From: an uncultured Spirochaetales bacterium | Lineage (GTDB): Bacteria; Spirochaetota; Spirochaetia; JAFGDJ01 | NCBI GenBank assembly: GCA_964410865.1 | Contig: CAYPIQ010000006.1 | Coordinates: 36,865 to 100,864 of the forward strand | Length of the DNA: 64,000 nucleotides | Direction: 5' to 3' | In this document: piece by piece, positions 29,506 to 39,479 of the stretch | Layout of the letters: every line of letters starts with the position of its first letter | Numbering within the stretch: the stretch's first letter is position 1 | Made by a program: the position numbers and the translations under genes | The notes under the pieces: model-generated | Seen by the model: the letters and a program-made list of their open reading frames with translations, nothing else | What the model was told of the DNA's origin: nothing | Database searches by the model: none

Positions 29506-30393
29506 CTATTCCTTTACCAGGTCCACAAAGATCTTGTGGAGCGACGGTGCGACGATTTCGAACCTGCGGATGGAGATCTTTCCCACCATGGCCGACAACA
29601 GTGTATCCGGATCGGATCCCTCGGCCAGGGTTATCTCCACGTATCGCGGATAGCGGACCATCGCGGCAACCTGCGGCAGGTCGTCTATAAATGCACCGTC
29701 GCCGGAGAACTCCACGATTACCGAGCGCCGGCCGAAGCGGTCCTTTATCTCGTCCATGGGGCCATAGGCCACCTCCCGGCCGTGGTTCATCAGGAGAATC
29801 TTGCTGCAGATCTTCTCCGCCTGGTCCATGATGTGGGTGGAAAAGAGCACCGTTTTTCCGTCGGCGGCCATGGCATGAATGGTCTCCCGGAGCATGTCGG
29901 TGCTTACCGGATCCAGCCCCGAGAAGGGCTCGTCGAAGAACATGATCTCCGGATCGTGGACCACCGAGGCGATAAACTGGATTTTCCGGCTCATTCCCTT
30001 GGATAGTTCATCCACCTTGCTGTTCTTCCATGCCCTCAGGTCGAAACGCTCGAGCCAGGTGTCGATGCTTTTCTGTAGGAGGTCATCGGGTTTGTCCTTC
30101 AGCCGGCCCAGGTAGAGGAGCAGGTCGTTGACCTTCCGATTCTTGTACAGCCCCCGTTCCTCCGGTAGGTAGCCGATGCGGTTTTTATCCTCCTCGGTAA
30201 TGGGGGTGCCCTCGAAGAGGATCGTCCCCTCGTCGGGAGCAAGGATATTCATGATCATCCTGATGGTAGTAGTTTTCCCCGCACCGTTGGGCCCGAGGAG
30301 CCCGAAGATCTCTCCCCTGTCCGTGGTAAAGGAAATTCCGTCCACGGCGGTTACCGTGTCGAACCGTTTTCTAACATTTCTCAATTCTATCAT
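29506..30393 (-). CDS. ABC transporter ATP-binding protein (ABC-2 type partner)
   Basis: Walker A 'GPNGAGKTT', signature 'LSKGMSRK' and Walker B 'IMFFDEPFSGLD'. Confidence 0.9.
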   Translation of the reverse strand: MIELRNVRKRFDTVTAVDGISFTTDRGEIFGLLGPNGAGKTTTIRMIMNILAPDEGTILFEGTPITEEDKNRIGYLPEERGLYKNRKVNDLLLYLGRLKDKPDDLLQKSIDTWLERFDLRAWKNSKVDELSKGMSRKIQFIASVVHDPEIMFFDEPFSGLDPVSTDMLRETIHAMAADGKTVLFSTHIMDQAEKICSKILLMNHGREVAYGPMDEIKDRFGRRSVIVEFSGDGAFIDDLPQVAAMVRYPRYVEITLAEGSDPDTLLSAMVGKISIRRFEIVAPSLHKIFVDLVKE

Positions 30394-30403
30394 GTCATCT
30401 TCC

Positions 30404-31942
30404 TTATCCCTGGAATTCGTAGAGTAACCGTATTATATCGGCTTCAGCGAACAGGTCTACCAGTTTTTCCTGGATTATCGAACGTACCGTCGCCGGAGAA
30501 GACCTTCGCTCGAAAGAGTCCGCAATGCGCGAAAAGGTATCATAAAACGCTTCGGGACCGAACCGGGTGAATACACCGGGATCGGGGTTGCAGGATGATT
30601 CATCAATAGCCCGAATGTTCTCGAAAAGCCGGTAATTCAAACTTCTCAGTTCGTCACGAAAGGCCTGATCCCCGAGGCGTTCCAGCACTGTTACCTGCAA
30701 GTCCACATGCAGCATGGCAAAATCAGCCGTCCCTTCGTTCAGGCCGTCCAGGAATGCGGCTAATATGTCCGTGTTGAATCCCAACCTCTCGGAACGCCGA
30801 GTATAGCGTTGTTTGAGGGCAAGTATATCCCTGGATGTGAGGGGAATATTGAAATAGGTATAAAAGATTGCAGGGTACCGATGGAAAAAATCCCGAATAC
30901 CCTCGAGGATGTCGAGGTTACGGGCTATCAGCGGTTTTCTCCACTGTACGGCATCGGTATACAGGTACCCGAACCCCTCCTGTACGGAAGAAGAAATAAT
31001 GACGTCGGATGAGACCGCCAGCCGGTTGAAGCCTATACCGGCTTCATCGAGCCGCCGCCCGATTCCCCACATACCGGGTATTATCCCCCTGTGGTACAGA
31101 TCCTGGACCAGGGCGGAGTAGGGTTGTTCCTGTTTTGACACGCCGGGAAGCGTCAGCAGAAGGTTTGCACCCTGGAGAGCACATATGAGCCCTGCTTCCA
31201 GAACGTTTTTTCGGCGGATAGTCCTGACCGGATAGAGCCACAGGGGTTTATCCGGGTCATAGGAGGGAAAGGTATGTCCGAAAGCGTGCTCCAGGCGGCG
31301 GCGGAGGTCGGCAGGATCAGCCTCCGGCGGGGCGCGCAGTTCCACCGGGTTGTTGAGCAGAAAAACACAGTCCTCCGGTAAGCCGGCCCGGATAAGTAAC
31401 CGGTAATCCCGGTTGTTTATCACAGCATAACGGACATTCGGCAGAACAGGGTATACCTCTTTTCCTGCAAAATGCTGCAAAAACGAAAGATTGTAATAGC
31501 GGCCGTTCTCCGGAAAATCGTGGATGTGCAGAAGAATAGGCTGGTCCGAATTCTCTCCCGCGGCTTCCAAAAGCGTTGCTGTGAACACCGGGTTCTTCCC
31601 CAGGTGATAGTTGTGAACCCACCATAGGAAACCGTCGTAGTCGGAAACCAGCCGGTTCTTCAGGCCTCGTCGGTCGATGGACTCCGCCTCCTCCGGAGTG
31701 ACATAGCCGATTTCGGGGACAACCGACACGCCGATCCGGATATCCCTGCCCGCCGTCTGAACCTCCTTCCGCAGCCGGTCGGCCACCGTGCCGGCGTTTT
31801 CCGCCGTGCCGACCACCAGGAGTACCTCACCTAGAGCGGGGTGATTGTGTATCAGTGCCTTGAGGGAGAGGAAGATCACATTGGTCACACCGCCGGGAAG
31901 AAGGTGATAATGGAAGACGGCGATTCGGTTTGTAGAGCTCAT
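30404..31942 (-). CDS. GT4-related glycosyltransferase-like protein with a roughly 150-aa C-terminal extension (distant paralog of the genes at 38205 and 60814)
   Basis: The internal Met start 'MSSTNRIAVFHYHLLPGGVTNVI' resembles the 'IGFISTRFSGTDGVTLE' N-terminus of the paralogs, and an 'EGFG' motif 'SSVQEGFGYLYTDAVQWRKPLIARN' aligns with their 'EGFGNAFLEAVYFQKPILVNRY'. Confidence 0.5.
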   Translation of the reverse strand: MSSTNRIAVFHYHLLPGGVTNVIFLSLKALIHNHPALGEVLLVVGTAENAGTVADRLRKEVQTAGRDIRIGVSVVPEIGYVTPEEAESIDRRGLKNRLVSDYDGFLWWVHNYHLGKNPVFTATLLEAAGENSDQPILLHIHDFPENGRYYNLSFLQHFAGKEVYPVLPNVRYAVINNRDYRLLIRAGLPEDCVFLLNNPVELRAPPEADPADLRRRLEHAFGHTFPSYDPDKPLWLYPVRTIRRKNVLEAGLICALQGANLLLTLPGVSKQEQPYSALVQDLYHRGIIPGMWGIGRRLDEAGIGFNRLAVSSDVIISSSVQEGFGYLYTDAVQWRKPLIARNLDILEGIRDFFHRYPAIFYTYFNIPLTSRDILALKQRYTRRSERLGFNTDILAAFLDGLNEGTADFAMLHVDLQVTVLERLGDQAFRDELRSLNYRLFENIRAIDESSCNPDPGVFTRFGPEAFYDTFSRIADSFERRSSPATVRSIIQEKLVDLFAEADIIRLLYEFQG

Positions 31943-32008
31943 ACCCCGCAATAATACAAAAAACACGGCGGGCTTACAACATGAGAAGGTTTCCCTTATC
32001 GAAACCAA

Positions 32009-33106
32009 TTAACCCCGAGTGCGGGCAAATTCCTTCATAAAATCTGCCAGGGCTTGTGCCCCTTCCGGCGGCATGGCGTTATAGATGGAGGCTCTGCAAC
32101 CGCCGACACTCCGGTGTCCTTTTAAACCAATCATGCCCTTTTCAGCCGCTTCAGCAATAAAGGCCTTTTCCAGGTCCTCCGAGGGAAGCCTGAAGACCAC
32201 GTTCATATCGGAACGGACGGCCTTATCCACCGGGCAGCGGTAGAACCCGCCGCTGGAATCGATTGCATGGTACAGGGCATCGGCCTTCCGCCGGTTCAGT
32301 TCCTGCACCGTCGGGATGCCGCCGGAGTCTTTCAACAGCCGTAGGACATGGTGCACGGCATAGACCGAGAAGACCGGCGGGGTGTTGTACATGGAGTCTT
32401 TTTCAGCGTGGGTTTTATAGGAGAGGTAGGCCGGAAGGCTGTCCGGGGATGTCTCCACCAGGTCCTTCCGGATAATGACGACGGTAATACCCGCCGGACC
32501 GATGTTCTTCTGTGCCCCGGCATAAATAAGACCGAAGGTATCGATATCTACCGGGCGACTGAGGATGTCGCTGGACATATCCGCCACCAGGGGTATGTCC
32601 CCCGTATTGGGAAAGCTTTTCCACTGCACCCCGCCGATGGTTTCGTTGGAGGTGAGGTGTACATAGGCCGAACCGGGACTTGGTTGTATCGAACCGGGGT
32701 CGGGCAGGCTAGTGTATCCGCCCTCCTTGCCGTCGAAAAGAACATTCACCTTTCCTATCTTCTGCGCGTCGGTACATGCCTTCTTTGCCCAGGATCCGCT
32801 CAGGATATAGTCGCAGCACGTACCCTTCGGCAGAAGATTCATGGGAACCATGGCAAACTGTAAGGTTGCTCCCCCGCCGAGGAACAGGACGGTGTAGTTC
32901 TTGGGAATGTCCAGAAGTTCGGCCAGGAGTCCGATGGTCTCCATGTGAATATTTTCGTACATCCTGCTCCGGTGGCTCGTTTCTATCATTGAAAGGCCTT
33001 CGCCGTGGTAGTCGATCATTTCGTCCCGGAGCTGTTCCAGAACCTTTAACGGCAGAGTTGCCGGTCCTGCATAAAAATTAATCTTTCTATTCATAATATT
33101 CCTCAC
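32009..33106 (-). CDS. serC: Phosphoserine aminotransferase
   Basis: The sequence 'INFYAGPATLPLKVLEQLRDEM...SHRS' and the PLP-lysine region are class-V aminotransferase features typical of SerC; the start is probably the Met 4 codons downstream (MNRKINF). Confidence 0.85.
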   Translation of the reverse strand: MRNIMNRKINFYAGPATLPLKVLEQLRDEMIDYHGEGLSMIETSHRSRMYENIHMETIGLLAELLDIPKNYTVLFLGGGATLQFAMVPMNLLPKGTCCDYILSGSWAKKACTDAQKIGKVNVLFDGKEGGYTSLPDPGSIQPSPGSAYVHLTSNETIGGVQWKSFPNTGDIPLVADMSSDILSRPVDIDTFGLIYAGAQKNIGPAGITVVIIRKDLVETSPDSLPAYLSYKTHAEKDSMYNTPPVFSVYAVHHVLRLLKDSGGIPTVQELNRRKADALYHAIDSSGGFYRCPVDKAVRSDMNVVFRLPSEDLEKAFIAEAAEKGMIGLKGHRSVGGCRASIYNAMPPEGAQALADFMKEFARTRG

Positions 33107-34317
33107 TCTATTTCATTCATGACGGCTTCGTATATATCCTTGCTCGAAGCGGCCAGTTCTTTAAGCTGTTCCGGACTCAGGGCGTCGTCGATCTGGATGT
33201 TGGCACACGCACCGTCGGCACCGGAAAATATGATATTTTCCATCCTCTCGATGTTGATACCATGGTCGCGAATGACCCGCAGGATATCTGCCAGTACACC
33301 AACCCTGTCCCGATGACGGACTGAGACCATGTATTTAGCCGGGGTTTTTTCCATGACGTTAACACAGTTGGGGACGTGGCCCGTTACAAGGAAGTCGCTG
33401 ATAATCCTTACCGTTTCATCGGCCACAGCATCCTGAGCCTGGTTTGTTGATGCGCCGATATGGTGGGTACCATATACGGAGGGATGAGAGGCCAGGGGGC
33501 TGGAAAAATCTCCCTGCTTTGCGGATGGTTCTCCCTCGAACACGTCGAGTCCGGCCTTGATCTTTTTAGTGTCCAGGGCTTTGATGAGGGCATCTTCATC
33601 CACAATTTCCGCCCGGGATGTATTGATAAAGACGCTTCCCTCCTTCATGGCTTCGAAGAAAGCCTTTCCTATACACTTGCGGGTATCCGGTGTCAAGGCG
33701 AGATGTACAGAAACAATATCCGCATCCGCCGCAGCCGCTTCCGGCGTTTCACGGTAGCCGATACCCATAAAAGCCGCCTTTTCCAGGGTCAGGGACCGGC
33801 TCCAGGCAATAATCCTCATGCCGAAAGCCCGGGCGCGCGTTATGACCTCCCGGCCGATTCGGCCGGTACCTATGACGGCCAGGGTCTTCCCGTATATGCC
33901 GTCGGCTTTTGAATACTCTTTCTTGTTCCAGATGCCGTTTCTCAATTCCATGACATTATCGGGAATACGCCGGTCTATGCTCATTATCAGTCCCATGGCG
34001 AGTTCCGCCACCGCTACTGCGTTTTTCCCGGGGCAGTTGGCCACGTAGATACTCTTGGCCGACGCGGCATCCACGTCGATGGTATTAAAACCGGCACCGG
34101 CCCGGACAATGAGAGAGAGATCCTTTGCAGCCTCGATCATCTCTTTTGTTACCCTTGTAGAGCGGACAATAATTATGGACGGGTTATCATCCTTTATTAC
34201 CTGTAATAGGGTTTCATCCGCTAGTTCCGGCTTGTTGATTACCGGTCGTCCCAGGGATTCCAACCGCCGGACGGCTGATTCCGGCAGTTTGTCCGCTATG
34301 AGAATTGTTCTTTTCAT
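33103..34317 (-). CDS. serA: D-3-phosphoglycerate dehydrogenase with a C-terminal ACT domain
   Basis: NAD-binding 'GTGRIGREV' and the catalytic 'SVHLALTPDTRKCIG...GASTNQA' are present. The real start is the Met of 'MKRTILIAD' (CAT at 34315-34317), preceded by an AGGAGG RBS; the ORF-track N-terminal extension is just a translation of the upstream repeat element. Confidence 0.9.
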   Translation of the reverse strand: MKRTILIADKLPESAVRRLESLGRPVINKPELADETLLQVIKDDNPSIIIVRSTRVTKEMIEAAKDLSLIVRAGAGFNTIDVDAASAKSIYVANCPGKNAVAVAELAMGLIMSIDRRIPDNVMELRNGIWNKKEYSKADGIYGKTLAVIGTGRIGREVITRARAFGMRIIAWSRSLTLEKAAFMGIGYRETPEAAAADADIVSVHLALTPDTRKCIGKAFFEAMKEGSVFINTSRAEIVDEDALIKALDTKKIKAGLDVFEGEPSAKQGDFSSPLASHPSVYGTHHIGASTNQAQDAVADETVRIISDFLVTGHVPNCVNVMEKTPAKYMVSVRHRDRVGVLADILRVIRDHGINIERMENIIFSGADGACANIQIDDALSPEQLKELAASSKDIYEAVMNEIE

Positions 34318-34330
34318 ACTCGTTCCTCCT

Positions 34331-34496
34331 GATTCGCACGGGGGATTCATACCCCGCGGCTTGCTGCTCTCTTTGTAGCCGAGCCGGCTGACTGCCTCGC
34401 CAATGGTTGCGGTACGGGGTATGAATCCCGTATACAATCCATACCTTGCAAAACCGACATACCCCGCCCCTTGGGACGGGGTATGTCGGTTTTTTA
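34331..34496 (+). repeat. Copy A of a roughly 165-nt structured intergenic repeat element
   Basis: It contains the long-range stem 'gggattcataccccg'/'cggggtatgaatccc', a constant core 'gccgagccggctgactgcctcgccaatggttgc' and a 3' hairpin 'cgacataccccgcccc-ttgg-gacggggtatgtcg' followed by TTTTTT. It is near-identical to the copies at 49150 and, in reverse orientation, 58737. Confidence 0.85.
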
Positions 34497-35714
34497 AAAC
34501 CTGTGAATTAATAATCCCGACCTCAGCTTTGGAGCAAACCACGTTGACTTCGGGGGCATCACCATACCGGCATCGGCTACCGCCAGGAGCTCTTCCACAT
34601 CTACCGGGTAGAAGGTGAACGCCACGCCGCCCTCGGTGTCCACGCGTCTGCGTAGTTTATCCGGGCTGCCGATACCACCTTCGAAATCGATCCTCGGGTC
34701 CTTACGTTGATCCGTTATACCCAGTATGGGTTCCAGGAGTTTCTTCTGAAACTTGGAGAGGTCCAGGGCGGCCACCGGATCTCCTCCGGGGGAGGGAACC
34801 CGCTCCTTCAGTTCATACCAGTGTCCGTCAAGGTACATGCAGAAGGCTCCCTTGCCCTCCGGTTCGGTAACTTCGGTTTCCCGCAGCTCGAAGGAATTTG
34901 TTACCGTGCTCAGAAAATCGGCGGTGGAAAGGCCGCCGAGGTCACGGATGTACTTGTTGTACGGATAGATGGCCATCCGGTCCGACGGAAAGGTGACTGT
35001 GAGAAAGTAATTGAACTCGGCATCTGTTTTAGCACCGGTTTCCGATTTCATCATTTCCGCCTTCACTCGGCTTGCTCCCGCCGCCCGGTGATGCCCGTCC
35101 GCGATATAGAGGGCCGGAATATGTTGAAAAGCCCGTTCCATCTCTTCCGACTCTTCGCATTTCCATAGGGTATGACGTATCCCGTCGGTGTCGGTAAAAT
35201 CGTAGAGGCTTTCATGCTGCATTTCATTTTTCAAAAGCCGATCCGTCTCTTCGGAAGCCCGGAAGGTAAGAAGAACAGGGCCTGCGTGAGCCCGGAGGGT
35301 CAGCATATGACGGAGACGGTCGTCTTCCTTCTCCTTTCTCGTGTGTTCGTGTTTTTTGATGGTTCCGTCGTCATATTCATCCACTGCGCAGCAGCCGGCT
35401 ATTCCGACCTGTTCCCTCCCGCCCATAATCAGTCTGTACACGTAGAGGGAAGGTTCTTCATCCTGCACCAGGAATCCCCCCTCGATGAAGCGGCTGAAAT
35501 TTTCCCCTGCCTTTTTGTATACCCCGTCGTCGTAGAGGTCGGTCCCCGGAGGCAGATCTATCTCCGGGCGTACGATATGAAGAAAGCTGTACGGATTGCC
35601 GGCGGCAAGGGCGCGAGCTTCGTCGGTAGTTACCACGTCATAGGGTACACTGGCGAGTCTTTCCGCCAGATCCGCCCTTGGTCTCAGGGCTTTGAAACTT
35701 CGTATGGTTGCCAT
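34494..35714 (-). CDS. DUF1015-family protein
   Basis: The N-terminal 'IRSFKALRPRADLAERLASVPYDVVTTDEARALAAGNPYSFLHIVRPE' is the DUF1015 hallmark; the length is 406 aa and it sits upstream of serA-serC. Confidence 0.75.
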   Translation of the reverse strand: MATIRSFKALRPRADLAERLASVPYDVVTTDEARALAAGNPYSFLHIVRPEIDLPPGTDLYDDGVYKKAGENFSRFIEGGFLVQDEEPSLYVYRLIMGGREQVGIAGCCAVDEYDDGTIKKHEHTRKEKEDDRLRHMLTLRAHAGPVLLTFRASEETDRLLKNEMQHESLYDFTDTDGIRHTLWKCEESEEMERAFQHIPALYIADGHHRAAGASRVKAEMMKSETGAKTDAEFNYFLTVTFPSDRMAIYPYNKYIRDLGGLSTADFLSTVTNSFELRETEVTEPEGKGAFCMYLDGHWYELKERVPSPGGDPVAALDLSKFQKKLLEPILGITDQRKDPRIDFEGGIGSPDKLRRRVDTEGGVAFTFYPVDVEELLAVADAGMVMPPKSTWFAPKLRSGLLIHRF

Positions 35715-35869
35715 AGTACTCCCCTTCCCGTCTCTTTACTCCATGATAGTCCCAGATGCGCAGGAATGTCAAATTAAAATACGCAAATAATAAAATATTT
35801 TTATATTTACTTTGCATTCAGGCAATTTTATATTGCACGATAGCTCCAATTGGGTGTACAATAGGGTGC

Positions 35870-36331
35870 ATGAACGGTGAGCAGTACGAACTGGATGATA
35901 TTGACAGACAAATTCTCCGGGAGCTGCAAAGGGACGGAAGGGCTTCCTTCCGCCTTATTGCCGAGAAACTCGAGATTGCGGACGGTACGGTCCGCGCCCG
36001 GGTGAACAGAATGACCGACCTGGGGATTCTCAAGATTTCCGCCCTTATCAATCCCTTCTACTTCGAGAACAGCATCCTTGCCCATATCGGTATGCAACTG
36101 GAAAGCAGAACCCACCATGAGGCAATGAAAAAGATCGCCGAGCTCGAAGGCGTCTTGTCGGTCTGTAACGCGGCGGGTGAGTACGATCTGGTGGTAGAGG
36201 TGTTTCTCCATTCGAGGGACGAATTGAACCGCTTTCTCTTCGGCAGGTTGCCGAAGATAGATGGGATAAAGAGCACCCACACCTTTGTGTACCTCGATGC
36301 CCGTAATAAATGGATAGAGCCGAAGTTCTGA
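35870..36331 (+). CDS. Lrp/AsnC-family transcriptional regulator
   Basis: HTH 'LQRDGRASFRLIAEKLEIADGTVRARVNRM' plus a RAM domain; the start is the internal ATG at 35870. Confidence 0.85.
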   Translation: MNGEQYELDDIDRQILRELQRDGRASFRLIAEKLEIADGTVRARVNRMTDLGILKISALINPFYFENSILAHIGMQLESRTHHEAMKKIAELEGVLSVCNAAGEYDLVVEVFLHSRDELNRFLFGRLPKIDGIKSTHTFVYLDARNKWIEPKF

Positions 36332-36434
36332 TTACGATCTCATCATGGCATGGATAATCTATAGCCGCAATTGGAATGGAGTCATACCATAATTTTGCCT
36401 TGCAAAAGGTGAATGCCCGGCGTACCATATCGGT

Positions 36435-38153
36435 ATGAGTGAAAGAATACGTGAATTAATTGAAGAGATTTACGGGAAAGAACGGTCCGATGAGGTGTAC
36501 CGGCGGCTCATGGCGGGGATTAAAGAGCGGCTCGAGTCTATCGAACCTCCGGCGGTAAGAGGATCGGGGGATCTACCCTTGAGTGAGGAGGATGCCTTCG
36601 TCATCACCTACGGAGACCAGTTCAGGAAAGATAAGGCCGAGCCTCTGAAGGTCCTGGGCGAATTTGCGGGTCGGTTTCTTCAGGGGATTGTGTCCGGAAT
36701 CCATATCCTTCCGTTCTTTCCATACACCTCCGACGACGGTTTTTCCGTTTCCGATTACCGGCAGGTGAACCCGGCATGGGGCACCTGGGATGATATCCGG
36801 AGAATCGGCACAGAATTCAGATTGATGAGCGACCTGGTTTTGAACCACTGTTCGGTCTCCAACGAGTGGTTTAAGCGGTTTCTGAAAGGTGAAGGCAAGT
36901 ACGCCGATTATTTTATCACCGCGGATAAAGACGAAGACCTCTCCATGGTCGCCCGGCCGCGGGCCCTCCCGCTGCTCACCCCCTTCGAGACCCCCGGGAA
37001 AACCCTGTACGTGTGGACGACCTTCAGCGCGGATCAGGTGGATCTGAATTTCGGTTCTCCGGAGGTATTGATCGAGATGATAGACATATTCCTGTTCCAC
37101 GTCCGGAACGGAATACAGGTTATACGACTTGATGCCATTGCCTATCTATGGAAGGAACCCGGTCATTCCTGCATCCATCATCCGAAAACCCACGCGGTGG
37201 TAAAACTCTTCCGGGCCGTGGTGGACGAGTTTGTTCCCTGGGTGGTTATCATCACGGAAACCAATGTTCCCCACAGAGAAAATGTTTCCTATTTCGGAAA
37301 CGGAACAGATGAAGCCCATATGGTCTATCAGTTTGCCCTGCCGCCCTTGGTGCTGGACGCCTTTTTGAGGGAAGACGCCGGGCACTTGAGGGATTGGGCT
37401 GCAACCCTGCCACCACCCGACGGCCGGACAACGTATTTTAATTTCCTCGCTTCCCACGACGGCGTCGGTCTGCTCCCGGCCCACGGTATCCTGTCCGAAG
37501 AAGAACTGGAAGGGCTCATCAACAGCGTCAGGAACAGGGGAGGGCTTATCTCCTACAAGGCCGGTGCTTCCGGGAATATCCCCTACGAGATGAATATAAA
37601 CTACTGTGATGCCGTGGCCGAAACAACCTTACCCGTGGAAACCCGCGTACGAAAATTCCTCGCCTCCCAGGCCTTTCTGCTCATTATGCCCGGTGTGCCC
37701 GGAATCTACATTCATAGTATCATCGGGTCTGGAAACTGGAGGGAAGGTGTAGAAATAACCGGAATGAACAGGACCATCAATCGTCGGAAGCTCGATCTCG
37801 AAGAAACCTCCGCTGAACTGGAACGCAAAGGCAGCCTTCGAAACCTGGTGTATACGGGGTATGCCGCCATGCTCGAGGTCCGACGGACCCGGAGGGCCTT
37901 CCATCCCGCCGCGTCCTTCAGGATACTGCCGGCTGCAGGTCCGCTGTTTGCGGCGGAACGCGTCTCCCCGGAGGGCTCTGAGCGGCTGGTATGCGTGGTG
38001 AACACCTCCGGCGGCCGGGTGGAATACCCGATGCCGGCAGATTTCAAAGTGACGGCTGTGGCGGATATTCTTACCCTGCGGGAGATCCCACTATCCGCCG
38101 GGGGCACTGTTTCAGTGCCTCCCTACGGTGTACTGTGGCTGGAGGCTTTATAA
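36435..38153 (+). CDS. GH13 subfamily-18 glucoside phosphorylase (sucrose phosphorylase / glucosylglycerate phosphorylase-like)
   Basis: The blocks 'ILPFFPYTSDDGFSVSDYRQVNPAWGTWDD', 'DLVLNH' and 'RLDAIAYLWK' are present; the length is 572 aa. Confidence 0.8.
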   Translation: MSERIRELIEEIYGKERSDEVYRRLMAGIKERLESIEPPAVRGSGDLPLSEEDAFVITYGDQFRKDKAEPLKVLGEFAGRFLQGIVSGIHILPFFPYTSDDGFSVSDYRQVNPAWGTWDDIRRIGTEFRLMSDLVLNHCSVSNEWFKRFLKGEGKYADYFITADKDEDLSMVARPRALPLLTPFETPGKTLYVWTTFSADQVDLNFGSPEVLIEMIDIFLFHVRNGIQVIRLDAIAYLWKEPGHSCIHHPKTHAVVKLFRAVVDEFVPWVVIITETNVPHRENVSYFGNGTDEAHMVYQFALPPLVLDAFLREDAGHLRDWAATLPPPDGRTTYFNFLASHDGVGLLPAHGILSEEELEGLINSVRNRGGLISYKAGASGNIPYEMNINYCDAVAETTLPVETRVRKFLASQAFLLIMPGVPGIYIHSIIGSGNWREGVEITGMNRTINRRKLDLEETSAELERKGSLRNLVYTGYAAMLEVRRTRRAFHPAASFRILPAAGPLFAAERVSPEGSERLVCVVNTSGGRVEYPMPADFKVTAVADILTLREIPLSAGGTVSVPPYGVLWLEAL

Positions 38154-38204
38154 GTATCCTGTGTACGTGGAATAAAATCATTACCGCGTGAAGAGAGATA
38201 TACT

Positions 38205-39479
38205 GTGAACGGAACAGGCAGACAGAGAAACATTGGATTTATATCCACCAGGTTTTCCGGGACCGACGGCGTAACCCTGGAGACAGCCAAATGGGAGCAA
38301 ATCTTTACGGAGTTCGGTCACCGCTGTTTCCGTTTCGCCGGGCTCCTGGACACCGACAACGGCCGATCCATGACGGTACCGGAGGCATTCTTCGGACATC
38401 CGGACAATCTCGCGCTCAATGAGCAGATCTTCGGCAGAAAGGTGAGGAGCCGGGAGGTCACCGACCGAATTTACTCCGTAAAGGAATACCTGAAGGAAAG
38501 GCTTTACGAGTTTATCCGATCCTTCTCGATAGACCTGCTGGTGGCCGAGAACTGCCTGGCTATTCCCATGCATATCCCCCTGGGGATCGCCCTGACGGAA
38601 GTCATCGCGGAAACGGGAATACCCGCCATTGGGCATCACCACGATTTCTGGTGGGAACGCAGTCGGTTTCTTATCAATGCCGTTCCTGAAATTATCGAGC
38701 AGTGCTTTCCACCCCGTCTACCGACCGTCCACCATGTGGTGATTAACTCGATGGTACAGTCCGAACTCGCCTCCCGCCGGGGCATGTCCGCTTCGGTTAT
38801 CTACAATGTCTTCGATTTCGACGCCGGGAAACCGGTACCCCGGGAAACGAACGAAGAATTCCGGAAGGATTTCGGATTCGATCCGGAGGATATCCTGATT
38901 CTACAGCCCACCAGGGTTGTGGCAAGAAAGGGGATCGAGCAGGCATTGCACCTGGTACAACAGTTGAAGCTGCCGAGGGCCAAGCTCCTGATCAGCCACT
39001 CCGTCGGTGACGAAGGCGACGCCTACCTGGACTGGATACTCGATATGGCCCGGCAGCAGCAGATAGACGTACATTTGCTCTACAACCGCCTGGACGAGAC
39101 CCGTCGGGTGGATGATAAGGGAAACCGCCTTTACTCACTCTGGGACGTATACCCCCATGTCGACCTGGTGACCTACCCCAGTCTTTATGAAGGATTCGGC
39201 AATGCCTTCCTGGAGGCGGTCTACTTTCAAAAACCCATCCTGGTAAACCGATACTCCGTCTATATAGTCGATATCGAACCGAGGGGGTTCGAGGTGGTTT
39301 CCATGGACGGATTCCTGACGCCGGATACAATCAACGCCGTTCGAAGAGTTCTGTCGGACCCGGAAAAACAGAGACGGATGACCGAACACAATTTCCAAAT
39401 TGCCCGGCGCTTTTTCTCTTACAGTGTGCTTAGAAAGAGACTCCAGAACATACTCTACGATTTTTTCGGAGGTCCGTAA
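38205..39479 (+). CDS. GT4-family (retaining) glycosyltransferase, uncharacterised subfamily
   Basis: N-terminal 'IGFISTRFSGTDGVTLE' and the C-terminal E-x7-E motif 'YPSLYEGFGNAFLEAVYFQKPILV' are present; the length is 424 aa. It is about 45% identical by eye to the 60814..62115 product. Confidence 0.65.
   Translation: MNGTGRQRNIGFISTRFSGTDGVTLETAKWEQIFTEFGHRCFRFAGLLDTDNGRSMTVPEAFFGHPDNLALNEQIFGRKVRSREVTDRIYSVKEYLKERLYEFIRSFSIDLLVAENCLAIPMHIPLGIALTEVIAETGIPAIGHHHDFWWERSRFLINAVPEIIEQCFPPRLPTVHHVVINSMVQSELASRRGMSASVIYNVFDFDAGKPVPRETNEEFRKDFGFDPEDILILQPTRVVARKGIEQALHLVQQLKLPRAKLLISHSVGDEGDAYLDWILDMARQQQIDVHLLYNRLDETRRVDDKGNRLYSLWDVYPHVDLVTYPSLYEGFGNAFLEAVYFQKPILVNRYSVYIVDIEPRGFEVVSMDGFLTPDTINAVRRVLSDPEKQRRMTEHNFQIARRFFSYSVLRKRLQNILYDFFGGP

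Noticed and set aside
28300-30006. Plus- and minus-strand ORFs (148 aa, 283 aa) overlapping the ABC-2 permease and ATPase genes
   Set aside because: They are shadow ORFs of well-supported genes and are rich in R/G/P as expected for antisense of GC-rich coding sequence.
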